A stretch of 64,000 nucleotides of DNA from Vicinamibacterales bacterium (GCA_035496255.1 DATJEU010000071.1:2134-66133), one strand, 5' to 3'; numbered from the stretch's first letter, positions 1 to 9,717 are shown. The notes: generated by a model not told the origin, from the sequence alone. Numbers and translations are program-made.

Positions 1-1882
1 GCTGGAAGCGATCGCCCTTGATGTCGGTGATGCCGTACTGCAGCGCGACGCGCTCGTTGAGGAACGTATGCTTGGCGCGCAGCAGATCGACGACGCTGCG
101 GTCTTCGCGGAAGATGCTGTCGGCGAACAGCGTCAGCTCGGTGCGGAAGTCGTCACGCGGGTCGGATCGGCCCGACGCGTACGGGAACACCGCCGAGTCC
201 GGCACGATCTCGTCGAGCCGCTTCATGTCGAGCCACTGCGACAGGAAGTTGCTCGCGAGCGTGATCGAGCGCGGATCCGCGAGCATCCGCCGCACTTCCC
301 TGTCGATCACGGCCGGCTCCTTCAGCTTGCCGTCGATCGCCGTCTGCAGCAGCTCGTCGTCGGGGATCGTGTTCCACAGGAAGAACGACAGGTTCGAGGC
401 GAGCTCGAGATCGCTGATCGTGTAGGTCTCGCCCGGCCGCAGTCCCGCCGGGACATGTTCGGCGCGATACAGGAAGAACGGACTCGCCAGCATGCCGGTG
501 ATCGCGCTGCGGACGCCGGCCTCGAAGCCGTCCCTCGACTCCGCTCGGGATGGCCCTGAGCCTGTCGAAGGGCCTCCGTCTTTCACGCCGTCACGGTAGT
601 ACGCCAGCAGTTCGTTGACGTCCTCGACCGACACGGGACGACGGTACGCACGACGTGCGAGCGTTGAGATGATTTGCTGAGCGCATCTGGTTTGCGCTTC
701 TACCGTCGCCGTCTTCGCCGGCGTGCAGACGAAGACGCGGGCACGGCTCGGCGTCGAGCTCAGGCCCGTCACGTCGAACGGGCCGCGCACCTGGAACGAG
801 TTGACCCGGTACAATCGATCCTGTCCGCCGCCCGGCGAGAACATCTGCAGCTCGTCATCCGATTCCGCGAACGTCCGGCGCCTGAAGGTGACGCCAAGCT
901 TGTGCGGCCCGGCAGTGGCGAAGAACTTGATGTTCTTCAGCCGCGCGTTCACGCGATCGAGGGCGCCGTTCTGCACCTGGTCGTACAGCTTCATGTCCTC
1001 TTCGCCGCCGATCACCGTCTCGTAGACCACCTTGTCGTCCAGGACCACCACCAGCGGGTTGGCGAACTCCATCCCGTTGCCCCAGATGTGCGTGGCCATG
1101 TCGGCGATGTCGACGATGTAGTCGCCGTCGGACGGCAGATCGACGTTGGCGAGGATGCCGCCGCGGGTGCCCAGCGGCAGGCCGGGGACGTGCGTCAGTT
1201 GCTGGCCAGGACCGGCGCGGAAGGTCCAGCCACCAGGGCGCGCGTCGGCGCGGCCAAGCGCCCTGACGGCCACCTGGCGCGCGGCGGTCACGTACTGCTC
1301 GATGAACGACGGCGATACCTGCAGCGCCGACGCGATGTTGTCGAACCCATCCGCGACATCGTCCGTCGGCAGAATCGCCGCGGCGTCGAAGTCGACGGCC
1401 AGCAGATCGCGCACCGCGTTCGAGTACTCCTTGCGGTTGAGCCGATGGAGGACAACTTGATCTGGAATGTGCTGCGAGCCGTCCGCGCGATCGAGCGACG
1501 TTTCGAGCCAGCCGACGAGCGCGTCACTGGTCGCCGCATCAGGCTGCTTCGCGCCGGGCGGCGGCATCACGTGCCCTTTCAGCTTCCGCACCGCCTTCTC
1601 GAAGGTCTCACCCATCTGCGCGACGCGATCCGGTGTCAGACCTTCGAAGCTGACGCCGCCCGTCTTCGCGCGATCGTTGTGGCAACCAACGCAGTAGGTA
1701 TTGATCGTTGCCAGTTGCTTCTGCGCATCGGCGGGGGCAGGAGCGGGCGTCTGGGGCGCGCGGGCGGAGACGACAATGCAGAATGCAAAATGCAGAATGC
1801 AGACCGCGATCAGCAGTCGCCGACGGCGGCGGCTAATCTTCGTTCTCTCTGCACTCTGCAGTCTGCATTCTGAATTCTGCAT
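1..1882 (-). CDS. DUF1592/DUF1588/DUF1585/DUF1587/DUF1595-family periplasmic protein with N-terminal cytochrome c (CxxCH) module; partial, 3' end lies beyond the window start
   Basis: Absent from ORF track (no stop in window). My minus-strand translation is continuous from ATG (complement of 1880-1882): MQNSECRLQSAERTKISRRRRRLLIAVCILHFAFCIVVSARA...INTYCVGCHNDRAKTGGVSFEGL...VLHRLNRKEYSNAVRDLL...SNLSFFLWNTIPDDELL, the signature blocks of this multi-DUF family. The + strand ORFs here (674-1873 etc.) are Arg-rich antisense artefacts. Confidence 0.8.
   Translation of the reverse strand, partial: MQNSECRLQSAERTKISRRRRRLLIAVCILHFAFCIVVSARAPQTPAPAPADAQKQLATINTYCVGCHNDRAKTGGVSFEGLTPDRVAQMGETFEKAVRKLKGHVMPPPGAKQPDAATSDALVGWLETSLDRADGSQHIPDQVVLHRLNRKEYSNAVRDLLAVDFDAAAILPTDDVADGFDNIASALQVSPSFIEQYVTAARQVAVRALGRADARPGGWTFRAGPGQQLTHVPGLPLGTRGGILANVDLPSDGDYIVDIADMATHIWGNGMEFANPLVVVLDDKVVYETVIGGEEDMKLYDQVQNGALDRVNARLKNIKFFATAGPHKLGVTFRRRTFAESDDELQMFSPGGGQDRLYRVNSFQVRGPFDVTGLSSTPSRARVFVCTPAKTATVEAQTRCAQQIISTLARRAYRRPVSVEDVNELLAYYRDGVKDGGPSTGSGPSRAESRDGFEAGVRSAITGMLASPFFLYRAEHVPAGLRPGETYTISDLELASNLSFFLWNTIPDDELLQTAIDGKLKEPAVIDREVRRMLADPRSITLASNFLSQWLDMKRLDEIVPDSAVFPYASGRSDPRDDFRTELTLFADSIFREDRSVVDLLRAKHTFLNERVALQYGITDIKGDRFQ
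1775..1803. repeat. Heptanucleotide tandem array (AATGCAG AATGCAA AATGCAG AATGCAG A)
   Basis: Read directly. Lies inside the signal-peptide coding region of the DUF1592 gene. Confidence 0.9.
1847..1881. repeat. Heptanucleotide tandem array in inverted orientation (CTCTGCA CTCTGCA GTCTGCA TTCTGAA TTCTGCA)
   Basis: Read directly. The last unit contains the complement of the ATG start. Confidence 0.9.
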
Positions 1883-1889
1883 TTCCGTC

Positions 1890-2813
1890 CTATGCGTCCG
1901 GCGACAGATACGCCCACAGGCTTTCGAACGCGCGGCGGACGAACTCATCGCCGTTGCCCATCTGCGCGTCGAATTCTTTCGTCGGCTTCGCCTCGACCGC
2001 CTCGCTGGGGCTGTGACCCTTGTTCAACAGCTGCGTCAGGCGATCGTGGATGGTGCCGTACATCTCGTACTGCGCTTTGAGATCGGTGAACGCGAGGACG
2101 GGACCACGCCCGGGAACGATCTTCGTCTCGGCGTTCGCGATCGTCTGGAGCCGCTGCAGGCCGCCGACGATGCCGCCGATCCAGCCACCGCTCGTCCAGT
2201 CCACGACCGGCCAGCCCTGACCCGAGACCGTATCGCCGACGGCGAGCACGTTCGGCTTCGCGAAGTGGACGTAGAGATCGCCGTCGGTGTGCGCGGCGTC
2301 GGGAATGTAGCCGTAGCGAACGTCAGCGTCGATCTGTCCCGTCGTATAGAACGTCTTGTTCGGCTGCGCGACCTTCGGCAACCGCGTGAACGTGCGGCCG
2401 TTCCAGGGCCACGTGACGTCGGTCGTGAGCCAGAGGCGCGTGTTCTCCTGCGCGATGATCGTCTTGCCCGCCTGGCCCACCGTCTCGTTCGACCCGGTCT
2501 GTTCGGGATGCCAGTGCGTGTTGACCAGCGTGGTCACCGGGCCGCCGCCGGGGAGTGCGGCAACGGTCTTCATCAGCGCGGCGGATGCGGCCGCCGAGCA
2601 ACCGTCCACGAGCAGCACACTGCCGTCGCCGGTTTGTGCGACGACGTTCGCCTCGCCCGGCAACTGGACGAGAAAGAGATCGTCCGCAAGACGCAGCGTG
2701 TTCGGCGGCAGCGATCCCTGCGCGAACGTCAGCCGCCCGCGTGCGCCGAGCGCCACGCCGGCGGCACCGGCGAGTGCGGTTCGCAGCAGGTCGCGTCGAG
2801 TATGGCCACCCAT
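1890..2813 (-). CDS. MBL-fold metallo-hydrolase, Tat-signal (periplasmic)
   Basis: 307-aa ORF. N-terminus TRRDLLRTALAGAAGVALG is twin-arginine-like. Metal motif region LVNTHWHPEQTG plus downstream His/Asp (HTDGDLYVH). Stop lies 7 nt upstream of the DUF1592 gene start, suggesting an operon. Confidence 0.7.
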   Translation of the reverse strand: MGGHTRRDLLRTALAGAAGVALGARGRLTFAQGSLPPNTLRLADDLFLVQLPGEANVVAQTGDGSVLLVDGCSAAASAALMKTVAALPGGGPVTTLVNTHWHPEQTGSNETVGQAGKTIIAQENTRLWLTTDVTWPWNGRTFTRLPKVAQPNKTFYTTGQIDADVRYGYIPDAAHTDGDLYVHFAKPNVLAVGDTVSGQGWPVVDWTSGGWIGGIVGGLQRLQTIANAETKIVPGRGPVLAFTDLKAQYEMYGTIHDRLTQLLNKGHSPSEAVEAKPTKEFDAQMGNGDEFVRRAFESLWAYLSPDA

Positions 2814-2887
2814 GTGGCCCTCTATTTAACAGGAATTCCGGGATGGCAGCGTGAACCTTTTGCGCGCGGGTGACGTTATACCCGCAC

Positions 2888-3703
2888 ATGCGGAAATGGC
2901 GGATTCTGGCCGTAGTCGCGGCCGTCTCGGTCGGCCTGCCCATCCAGGCTCAGGCGCCGGCGTTCGATGCAGCGTCAGTGAAACGCGCGACCGAACCGGG
3001 CGGCTATATGGGGGCCCAGCCCGGCGGTCGCTTCACCGCCAAAGGAGTGTCACTCCAGGATCTGCTTGTCTTTGCCTACGACGTGCAGCCCTACCAGATC
3101 GTTGGCGGACCGGCGTGGCTCGACGTCGATCGCTGGGACGTGACCGCGGCCGGCGCGCCCGAACCGCGCGCGAGCACGCTGCTCGCACTGCAACAGTTAC
3201 TCGGCGACCGCTTCTCGCTGGCCGTGAGACGCGAAACGCGCGAGATGCCGGTGTATGCACTGACACTCGCGCGCGGCGATGGCCGCCTCGGCCCGGGCCT
3301 GAAACGGTCCGATTTCGATTGCGAGGCGGCGCAGGCCGAGGCGAGGCGGACGCGGGTGGTCGCGCCAGAGGCGCGCACCCGGTGCTTCGCGAATGGTCGC
3401 GTCGGCAGCATCCAGATGGGCGGCACTTCGATGAGCGTACTCGCGCCGATGCTCTCGACGCGCTTGCAACGGACGGTCGTCGATCGCACCGGGCTGACCG
3501 GCCCATGGGATCTGACGCTGACCTACCGCCCGGAGATCGCCGCCGGCGCCGCCGCTCCCAACAGCGCGCCATCCACCGTCGATCCGAATGCGCCGTCACT
3601 CTTCACCGCCGTGCAGGAGCAGCTCGGGCTCAAGCTGGAAAGCACGCGCGCGCCGGTGCCGGTGCTGGTGATCGATCGCGCCGAATTCGCACGGGAGAAC
3701 TGA
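2888..3703 (+). CDS. TIGR03435 family (soil-associated, DUF3738-type) secreted protein
   Basis: MRKWRILAVVAAVSVGLPIQAQAPAFDAASVK...GRFTAKGVSLQDLLVFAYDVQPYQIVGGPAWLDVDRWDV...LALQQLLGDRFSLAVRRETREMPVYAL, the classic family pattern. ATG 2888 preferred over GTG 2870 because it starts the signal peptide. Confidence 0.85.
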   Translation: MRKWRILAVVAAVSVGLPIQAQAPAFDAASVKRATEPGGYMGAQPGGRFTAKGVSLQDLLVFAYDVQPYQIVGGPAWLDVDRWDVTAAGAPEPRASTLLALQQLLGDRFSLAVRRETREMPVYALTLARGDGRLGPGLKRSDFDCEAAQAEARRTRVVAPEARTRCFANGRVGSIQMGGTSMSVLAPMLSTRLQRTVVDRTGLTGPWDLTLTYRPEIAAGAAAPNSAPSTVDPNAPSLFTAVQEQLGLKLESTRAPVPVLVIDRAEFAREN

Positions 3704-3713
3704 CTCATACCCG

Positions 3714-3789
3714 GATAACGAAGGGTGCGGCGTCAACGACAGTCACCACGAAGACACGAAGCACACGAAGACGCACGGAGGCGGCCGCC
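3714..3789. repeat. CACGAAG/CACGGAG short-period array, copy A (GATAACGAAG ... CACCACGAAGACACGAAGCACACGAAGACGCACGGAGGCGGCCGCC)
   Basis: Read directly. Starts 11 nt after the TIGR03435 stop. Confidence 0.85.
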
Positions 3790-3980
3790 CACCATGCGGG
3801 CCGCATCTGATCGCGTGAAGTGGTCACATGCAAACCGCTCACGAGTCACCTGCGGCTTGCACACAGCTGACCGATGACTCCTCCCGGGAGTTGCGCAACC
3901 GTCAGTCGTTGGGGACTGGGAATTGTCGATCACTCCCCAGACTCCGAGGTCCTGGGCTCACCCAACGCCGACGCAGCGAA

Positions 3981-4460
3981 TCACTGACCGCGACTCAGCT
4001 CGGCGGCGTGACGTTCGATCTGTTCCTGCACCTGCCGCCGGAACTCCAGCGGGTTGGCGATCAGCATGAACACTTCCTTCGATCCGCCGGTGCCGACGAT
4101 CACCACCGTCCCGTAACCCAGCATGCGGCCGACGACGCCCTGATCGACCGCGATCTCTTCGACCTTCGACAACAGCATCTCGATCGCGCGGCGGCGGATC
4201 GTCCCGAGCTTGACGACGACGCGCTTGTTGGTAACGGTGAATTCGGCGCTGGCGCGCGCAATCGCCCGCGCGACCAGCCAGATCAGTCCGGCGACGAACA
4301 GGATGCTGGCGAGCACGAGCATCGCGTTCCTCCGGCTGATGACCAGCGGGATGATCGCGATCACCACGAGCAGCACCGGGCCGATGAACACCACCAGGTG
4401 CTGGCGCGATCGGTAGATCACGCGCTCACCGCTCAACAGATGCTTGTCGACGTATGCCAC
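3981..4460 (-). CDS. PH-domain (bPH_2 / YdbS-like) membrane protein
   Basis: Track ORF 3981-4904 trimmed to GTG 4460, preceded by GAGGAGGGAC RBS. Two TM helices, then FTVTNKRVVVKLGTIRRRAIEMLLSKVEEIAVDQGVVGRMLGYGTVVI, the bacterial PH motif. The upstream 148 aa of the track ORF are Arg/Ser/Thr-rich junk. Confidence 0.75.
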   Translation of the reverse strand: MAYVDKHLLSGERVIYRSRQHLVVFIGPVLLVVIAIIPLVISRRNAMLVLASILFVAGLIWLVARAIARASAEFTVTNKRVVVKLGTIRRRAIEMLLSKVEEIAVDQGVVGRMLGYGTVVIVGTGGSKEVFMLIANPLEFRRQVQEQIERHAAELSRGQ

Positions 4461-4485
4461 TCGTCCCTCCTCGGAGCGAAGACGA

Positions 4486-4507
4486 AGGCCGACCTGAAGG
4501 TTGGCCT
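4486..4507. repeat. REP-like hairpin AGGCCGACC-TGAA-GGTTGGCCT
   Basis: Read directly. Intergenic between the divergent PH and PRC genes. Confidence 0.7.
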
Positions 4508-4680
4508 GTACGCATTGCCGTGAGCACGCGGGTCCACCGGCGGTCGACCTCTTCCTGCTCGGGGACGATGATAGGCCAGCCAGCGGATCGTCCACAGGGC
4601 CCGGCTTCGGCCGGCACGACTCGAGCGCAGATGCCGCTGCGCGGGCATCGCCGTTGCACCGAGTAGCTCGGGAGGGCGCG

Positions 4681-5175
4681 ATGCAACGAGTGACGGACGT
4701 GGTAGGCAAACCGATCGTGTCGGCGGAGAACGGCGCGCGCGTCGGCAAAGTCTCGGATGTGCTCCTCGACGGGGATTCGCGCCACGTCGTCGGCCTCGTC
4801 GTCGCGGGCGGAGTGATCGCGTCCGAGCAGGTCGTGCCCTTCAGCGAAGTGCAGACGCTGGGGCGGGACGCTGTGCTGGTGCGCACGGCCGGCGGGGTGA
4901 TCACGCGGAAGGCCTGGCGTCAACAGAGCGTGAGCGCGGCGCGCTCGAGCAGCCTGGAGAACCGGCCGATCTTCACCGACGCGGGACGCGCACTCGGACG
5001 TGTCCGCAGTGTGCAGGTGGACGAGACGACCGGTGACGTGCAGGGTTTCGAAGTGACGGGACGCGCATTCCAAGGGGTGCTGCCGCGTCAGTCGGCCGAT
5101 GCGGCGGCGGTCGTCGGGCCCGACGCGATCATCGTCCCGGAGTCGTTCGCGCCCGAGATAAGCCGCCGCGGATGA
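4681..5175 (+). CDS. PRC-barrel domain protein (two tandem PRC barrels)
   Basis: Start moved to ATG 4681 (GGGAGGG upstream). MQRVTDVVGKPIVSAENGARVGKVSDVLLD...VVGLVV....VVPFSEV, with a second copy IFTDAGRALGRVRSVQVDETTGDVQGFEV. Confidence 0.7.
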   Translation: MQRVTDVVGKPIVSAENGARVGKVSDVLLDGDSRHVVGLVVAGGVIASEQVVPFSEVQTLGRDAVLVRTAGGVITRKAWRQQSVSAARSSSLENRPIFTDAGRALGRVRSVQVDETTGDVQGFEVTGRAFQGVLPRQSADAAAVVGPDAIIVPESFAPEISRRG

Positions 5176-5386
5176 ATCCGAGCGGCGCCGCAGAAGGCGC
5201 AGAGCGCGGCTCCGCTCCTCGAGTCGCGGCCTAACGAAATTGAGCGGCAACGAACAAATCGGCCGGGCCACCCCTCCGTTCGCGGTGAGAGCGGACATCG
5301 CTCAAGTCTTTCATCATCGGTAGTTTGCTGCCTTCGATACGGTTGGGCTCCGTCCTTGCTGAAAGCCCGGCCGGAGAAGGAGCGCT

Positions 5387-5971
5387 ATGCGACGCATGCT
5401 GCCTGTTGTTGCCCTGCTGACCGCGATCGGCTGCGGCGGCACCTCACCCGTCTCGCCCTCGGATATCGACAAGGGCACCGCGGGAACACTCAACATCCGC
5501 CTCACCGACAACCCGTTCGATTCGGCGCGCGCGGTGCTGATCACGTTCTCGGAAGTGTCCGTTCAGCGCGACGGGAATTGGTCGAAAGTCCCGTTCCCGG
5601 ATTCGAGCGCGCCCACGTGGACGTGCGATTTGAAGAAACTCGAAGGCGGCGGCCAGGATCTGCTGGCGACCGCGGTGTTTCCGATCACCGATTTCACGTT
5701 GGTGCGCCTGATCATCCAGAGCGCCACCGTCTATACCGACAATCCCACGACGAGCAGCACGCCGTGCGCACGGTCGATCGCGGCGCCTGCCGGCTCCGCG
5801 TCACAGATGACAATCCTCGCGACGGAAGCGAGCACGAACGGGGCGTTTTCCGTCAGGGGCGGGGGATCTACCACCGTGCTGCTCGATCTCGACGGAGAGG
5901 CGTCGATCACGCGTCCAAATCCGTCGGATTATCGGTTGAGCCCGGTGTTGCGGCTGGTCAGCGTGCAGTGA
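5387..5971 (+). CDS. DUF4382-domain lipoprotein
   Basis: Lipobox LLTAIGC at the N-terminus, GGAGAAGGAG RBS. LNIRLTDNPFDSARAVLITFSEVSVQRDGNW...CDLKKL...FTLVRLIIQSATVY...TVLLDLDGEASI...YRLSPVLRLV matches the DUF4382 pattern. Confidence 0.7.
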   Translation: MRRMLPVVALLTAIGCGGTSPVSPSDIDKGTAGTLNIRLTDNPFDSARAVLITFSEVSVQRDGNWSKVPFPDSSAPTWTCDLKKLEGGGQDLLATAVFPITDFTLVRLIIQSATVYTDNPTTSSTPCARSIAAPAGSASQMTILATEASTNGAFSVRGGGSTTVLLDLDGEASITRPNPSDYRLSPVLRLVSVQ

Positions 5972-5996
5972 GCGCGGGAGTCGCCCCCTGCGTGCC

Positions 5997-7421
5997 TTAC
6001 TCGGCGATCTCGTAGCGCTTCACGTCGATGCGGGCGGTGTCCTCGACGCCGGGATCGGTGATCAGCGCACGGACGCGGTCCCGCGTCGGATGTGGCAGGC
6101 GGTACTCGTAGGTGCGGTGCCTCGGGTCCCGCGTCACGGGACCATCGACGATCAGTCCGAACGTGCCCTCAATCCGCTGCCGTGTCGCGTCCGAGACGGT
6201 CGCGGCCCATCGAATGTGAAATGGTCCCGAGACCGGAAGCACAACCCCGCGCGCCGCGCCATTCAGCCGCGCCACGCCCCAGCCGACAGGAACGCCCGCG
6301 AACGCCACCAGGATGGCCGCCACCGGAACAGCCACGAGTGACCTGCCCACCACCGGTGACGGCGGCGGCGTCTCGACCCGGCGAACCCGCGATCGAACGA
6401 CGTCGAACGGACGCTCGATCAACAGATAGGTCACGGTCGCCAGGACGGATGCCCCGGCCAGCACGCATACACCCGCGGTCACCGTACCGACGGCCGCGAT
6501 GTCGCGCCAGGCACCGCTCGACGCAATCAGCAGCGCCGCGATGAAGTGATTCAGGTACACGCCGTACGTCACGTTTCCAGCGAGCCGGTCGAGCGACCGC
6601 CACGGCAGCGGCGGCGACAGGAGCACCAGCCAGGTCACGACCAGCGTCAGCCAGAGATATTCGGCAAAGATCTGTGCCGATGGCAGCGGAAAGGTGCCGC
6701 CACTCAATAGCGGCACGGCGATCAGCGCCAGCCACACGGCCACCGCCGGCCACGCAATCCACGGACGGACAACCGCTCCCCACCGCCGGCGCACGTAGTA
6801 GCAGCCGCCGCCGATGAGAAACACCGGCAGGCTGGCCAGCGCGTTCTTGTAGACGTCAACCTGGAACTGATCGAAATCGACGCCGGCCACGACGAACGCC
6901 TGCACCGTCACCACCAACGCGGCGGCCACCCACACCGCCAGCCAGGCCGGCCGCCGGCGCGTCGCCAGCACCACGAGCGGCGCGAGGAGATAGAACGTCG
7001 CCTCGACGCCAATCGACCATCCCTGCGGGAGCAGCGGCGGGTCGAACGCGAGGATCGGCAGCGCGCCTCGATGATCCAGCGTCGGCGCCACGGTCATCGT
7101 GCGCTGAATCAGTTCGCGTCGCGGTTCGTCCGGAACGTGAATGCCAACCCCGGTCACCGTGGAGCGGCCCACGACGCCGAGCAGCACAGCGGTCATCAGT
7201 GCGTAAGCGACGTAGAGCGGCGCGAGCCGGATGAATCGGTTGGCAAGAAAGCGGGCGCTGCCCGTCGATTCGGGGAGATACACCCGGTCCAGCACCTGAA
7301 AGATCAGGAATCCGCTGATGCAGTAGAACGCGTACACCGCGACGCGTCCGACGATCCAGGACAGCCCGCCGAAATGAAACAGTACGACCAGTGCCGCGAG
7401 CAGAAAGCGGAACACTCCCAT
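5997..7421 (-). CDS. Acyltransferase family 3 (OafA/NolL-like) membrane protein with about 100-aa soluble C-terminal extension
   Basis: MGVFRFLLAALVVLFHFGGLSWIVGRVAVYAFYCISGFLI, about 10 predicted TM helices, 474 aa. Confidence 0.8.
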   Translation of the reverse strand: MGVFRFLLAALVVLFHFGGLSWIVGRVAVYAFYCISGFLIFQVLDRVYLPESTGSARFLANRFIRLAPLYVAYALMTAVLLGVVGRSTVTGVGIHVPDEPRRELIQRTMTVAPTLDHRGALPILAFDPPLLPQGWSIGVEATFYLLAPLVVLATRRRPAWLAVWVAAALVVTVQAFVVAGVDFDQFQVDVYKNALASLPVFLIGGGCYYVRRRWGAVVRPWIAWPAVAVWLALIAVPLLSGGTFPLPSAQIFAEYLWLTLVVTWLVLLSPPLPWRSLDRLAGNVTYGVYLNHFIAALLIASSGAWRDIAAVGTVTAGVCVLAGASVLATVTYLLIERPFDVVRSRVRRVETPPPSPVVGRSLVAVPVAAILVAFAGVPVGWGVARLNGAARGVVLPVSGPFHIRWAATVSDATRQRIEGTFGLIVDGPVTRDPRHRTYEYRLPHPTRDRVRALITDPGVEDTARIDVKRYEIAE

Positions 7422-7548
7422 CAGATCTGCAGGGGCGAATAGCGCCGGTTACAGGTTGCCGCCGTGGTCGCGTCACCGGCGACAGGCGCGGCTGTGAGCG
7501 CAACTGAAGGCGCGAGTCGCATGTGGCTGAGGATACGACAACCCTCGT

Positions 7549-9717
7549 CTACTTGATCGCCGCGATCTCCACCTCGCCGCTGCGCCGCAGCACGGTCACG
7601 CCGACATCGTGCGGGTGGCGCGTCAAGAGCATATCGACGGAGGCCGTGCCGACCGAGAGGTTCGTAATACGCAGCCACTCGAGCGCCGCCGGCAGCCGTG
7701 CCTTCTCGAGCACGACCTGCCCCGCGTCGGCATCGACGCGCAACCCCAGACACGCGGAGAGCAGCATGAAGACCGCGCCGGCAGCCCACGCCTGCGGTGC
7801 ACACGCCACCGGATACAGCGTCGGATACTCGCCCGCCCGCCGATGGAACCCGCACACCAGCTCGGGCAGACGATGGAGATCGACCACCGCGCTGAGGTCG
7901 TGGATCGCGTTGAGCACGCGCGCCGCCTGCTCGCGGAAGCCGTAACGCGCGAGTCCCGCGGCAACGATCGCGTTGTCGTGCGGCCACACCGATCCGTTGT
8001 GGTACGACATCGGGTTGTAGCGCGCTTCGCCGGCGGCGATCGTCCGGATGCCCCATCCGGTGAACGATTCCTCCGCCATCAGCGTGTCCACCACGCGACG
8101 GGCGCGCGCGGGGTTCGCGATCCCGGCGAACAGACAATGACCGGCGTTCGACGACTTGACGCGGCACGGCTGGTTGGCGCCGTCCAGAGCCAGCGCGTAG
8201 GTGCCGATCTCCTCGCACCAGAATTGCTCCTCGAACCGCGCCCGCACCCTCTCGGCGCGCCGTCGCCATTCGTCCGCGGCCGCCTGATCGCCGCGAACGA
8301 TCGCCAGTTCTGCGGCGCCGCTCCAGGCGGCGTACACGTACCCCTGGATCTCGCACGCGGCGATCGGCCCTTCGGCGAGCCGGCCATCGGCGTGAAACAT
8401 CGAGTCGTAGGAGTCCTTCCATCCCTGCTGCACCAGGCCGGTGTCGCTCTGGCGCGCGTACTCGATGAAGCCGTCGTGATCAGCATCGCCGGCGCCGCCG
8501 ATCCAGTCGAGCGCGGCCAGGATGTGCGGCCATAGTTGATCCAGCATCTGGCGATCGGCGGTCCGGCGGAAGTAGGCGTGCGCGAGCATGACGAACAGCG
8601 GGGTGGCGTCGGCGCTGCCGTAGTAGCGGCCGAACGGGATCTCACCGAGCGCGGCCATCTCGCCACGCCGCATCTCGTGGACGATCTTGCCGGGCTGGGC
8701 GTCCTGAGCCTCGGACGTGGACACCGCCTGCGTTTCCGCCAGGAACGACAGGACCCCGCGCGCCAACGCCGGGTCGGCCCACAGCAGCTCCATCGCCGTG
8801 ATCAGGCCGTCACGCCCGAACGGGGTGCTGAACCATGGAATGCCGGCGTACGGATAGGCGCCGTACGGCGTCTGCGTGATCATCATCCGCAGGTCGGCCG
8901 CCGACCGGCGGATCCAGTGATTGAACGTCTCGCTCGAGCTCGTGATCGTGCACTGCTGGTCCGACTCGGCGTGCACCGCCGAGCGCGAGCGGCTGATCAG
9001 GTCGCAGTAGCGATCGTTCGGGTGAGAGGCACCGTTGATCTCACACGAGACGCTCAGCTCCAGCGTCACGCTCGCGTGCCGCTCGAGTGTCAGCAGAAAT
9101 ACGAGGGATCCGCGTTCCGTGCGATCGGGCGACTCACTCCAGCGCAGGTGCGTACGCCGCTCGACGCCGTCCAGGCCGCGGTACGCGCACGTGCTCTCAC
9201 GGCCGTCGGTCCCCGCCAGCGTCTCGCCACGCTTCGTCCGCCGTGTCCCGCGCACCTCGAAGACGTCCACATAGTCGGCGCCGAACCGAACCGCCAGCGG
9301 CACCTTGATCGTCTGCAGCGCATGGTTGGTGATGCGGATGCACTCGGCAAAGCCGGTCGGCGACAGGACGCGCGATCGAAAGATGTGAATCTCGCCGCGG
9401 GCGACGACGACGCGGCCGTCGCGCAGGATGTCGGGGTTCGTCAGATCGGCGGTGAACGCGACGTTGTCCTCGCTGATCGTCGAGCTCAGAAACAACGGCC
9501 GGCGCGTGCCGAGCAGCAGCTCGAGACGCGACAGGAACCGCGTGCCGTCGAAATAGAACCCCTGCTCGCCACCTTCGATCGGCACGATGTCGCCGTACTG
9601 ATCGAACACGCCGAAGCTGTCGCCCTGCTTCATCACGCGAAGCGGTGCGGTCGGCCGCTCCGCGTCGGCGATGATGTAGAACTGCTCGTCCAGTCGCACG
9701 GTGTCTGCGGTCGCCAT
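7549..9717 (-). CDS. Amylo-alpha-1,6-glucosidase / glycogen-debranching-enzyme family protein (GDE_N_bis + GDE_C)
   Basis: 722 aa. N-terminus FYIIADAERP...VMKQGDSFGVFDQYGDI...GFYFDGTRFLSRLEL. C-terminal (alpha/alpha)6 region YHNGSVWPHDNAIVAAGLARYG. Confidence 0.85.
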   Translation of the reverse strand: MATADTVRLDEQFYIIADAERPTAPLRVMKQGDSFGVFDQYGDIVPIEGGEQGFYFDGTRFLSRLELLLGTRRPLFLSSTISEDNVAFTADLTNPDILRDGRVVVARGEIHIFRSRVLSPTGFAECIRITNHALQTIKVPLAVRFGADYVDVFEVRGTRRTKRGETLAGTDGRESTCAYRGLDGVERRTHLRWSESPDRTERGSLVFLLTLERHASVTLELSVSCEINGASHPNDRYCDLISRSRSAVHAESDQQCTITSSSETFNHWIRRSAADLRMMITQTPYGAYPYAGIPWFSTPFGRDGLITAMELLWADPALARGVLSFLAETQAVSTSEAQDAQPGKIVHEMRRGEMAALGEIPFGRYYGSADATPLFVMLAHAYFRRTADRQMLDQLWPHILAALDWIGGAGDADHDGFIEYARQSDTGLVQQGWKDSYDSMFHADGRLAEGPIAACEIQGYVYAAWSGAAELAIVRGDQAAADEWRRRAERVRARFEEQFWCEEIGTYALALDGANQPCRVKSSNAGHCLFAGIANPARARRVVDTLMAEESFTGWGIRTIAAGEARYNPMSYHNGSVWPHDNAIVAAGLARYGFREQAARVLNAIHDLSAVVDLHRLPELVCGFHRRAGEYPTLYPVACAPQAWAAGAVFMLLSACLGLRVDADAGQVVLEKARLPAALEWLRITNLSVGTASVDMLLTRHPHDVGVTVLRRSGEVEIAAIK

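Noticed and set aside
674-1873. 399-aa + strand ORF (and 18-425, 68-559, 1701-2873) covering the left end of the window
   Set aside because: The translations are Arg/Ala/Pro/Gly-rich with no motifs. The opposite strand encodes a continuous, motif-rich DUF1592-family protein and an MBL hydrolase. These are typical high-GC antisense artefacts.
3981-4904. 307-aa version of the PH-domain gene and the overlapping 290-aa ORF 4426-5298
   Set aside because: The sequence upstream of GTG 4460 is Ser/Thr/Arg/Pro-rich without TM or PH features and would overlap the PRC-barrel gene. An RBS-supported start at 4460 gives a canonical 2-TM + bPH_2 protein.
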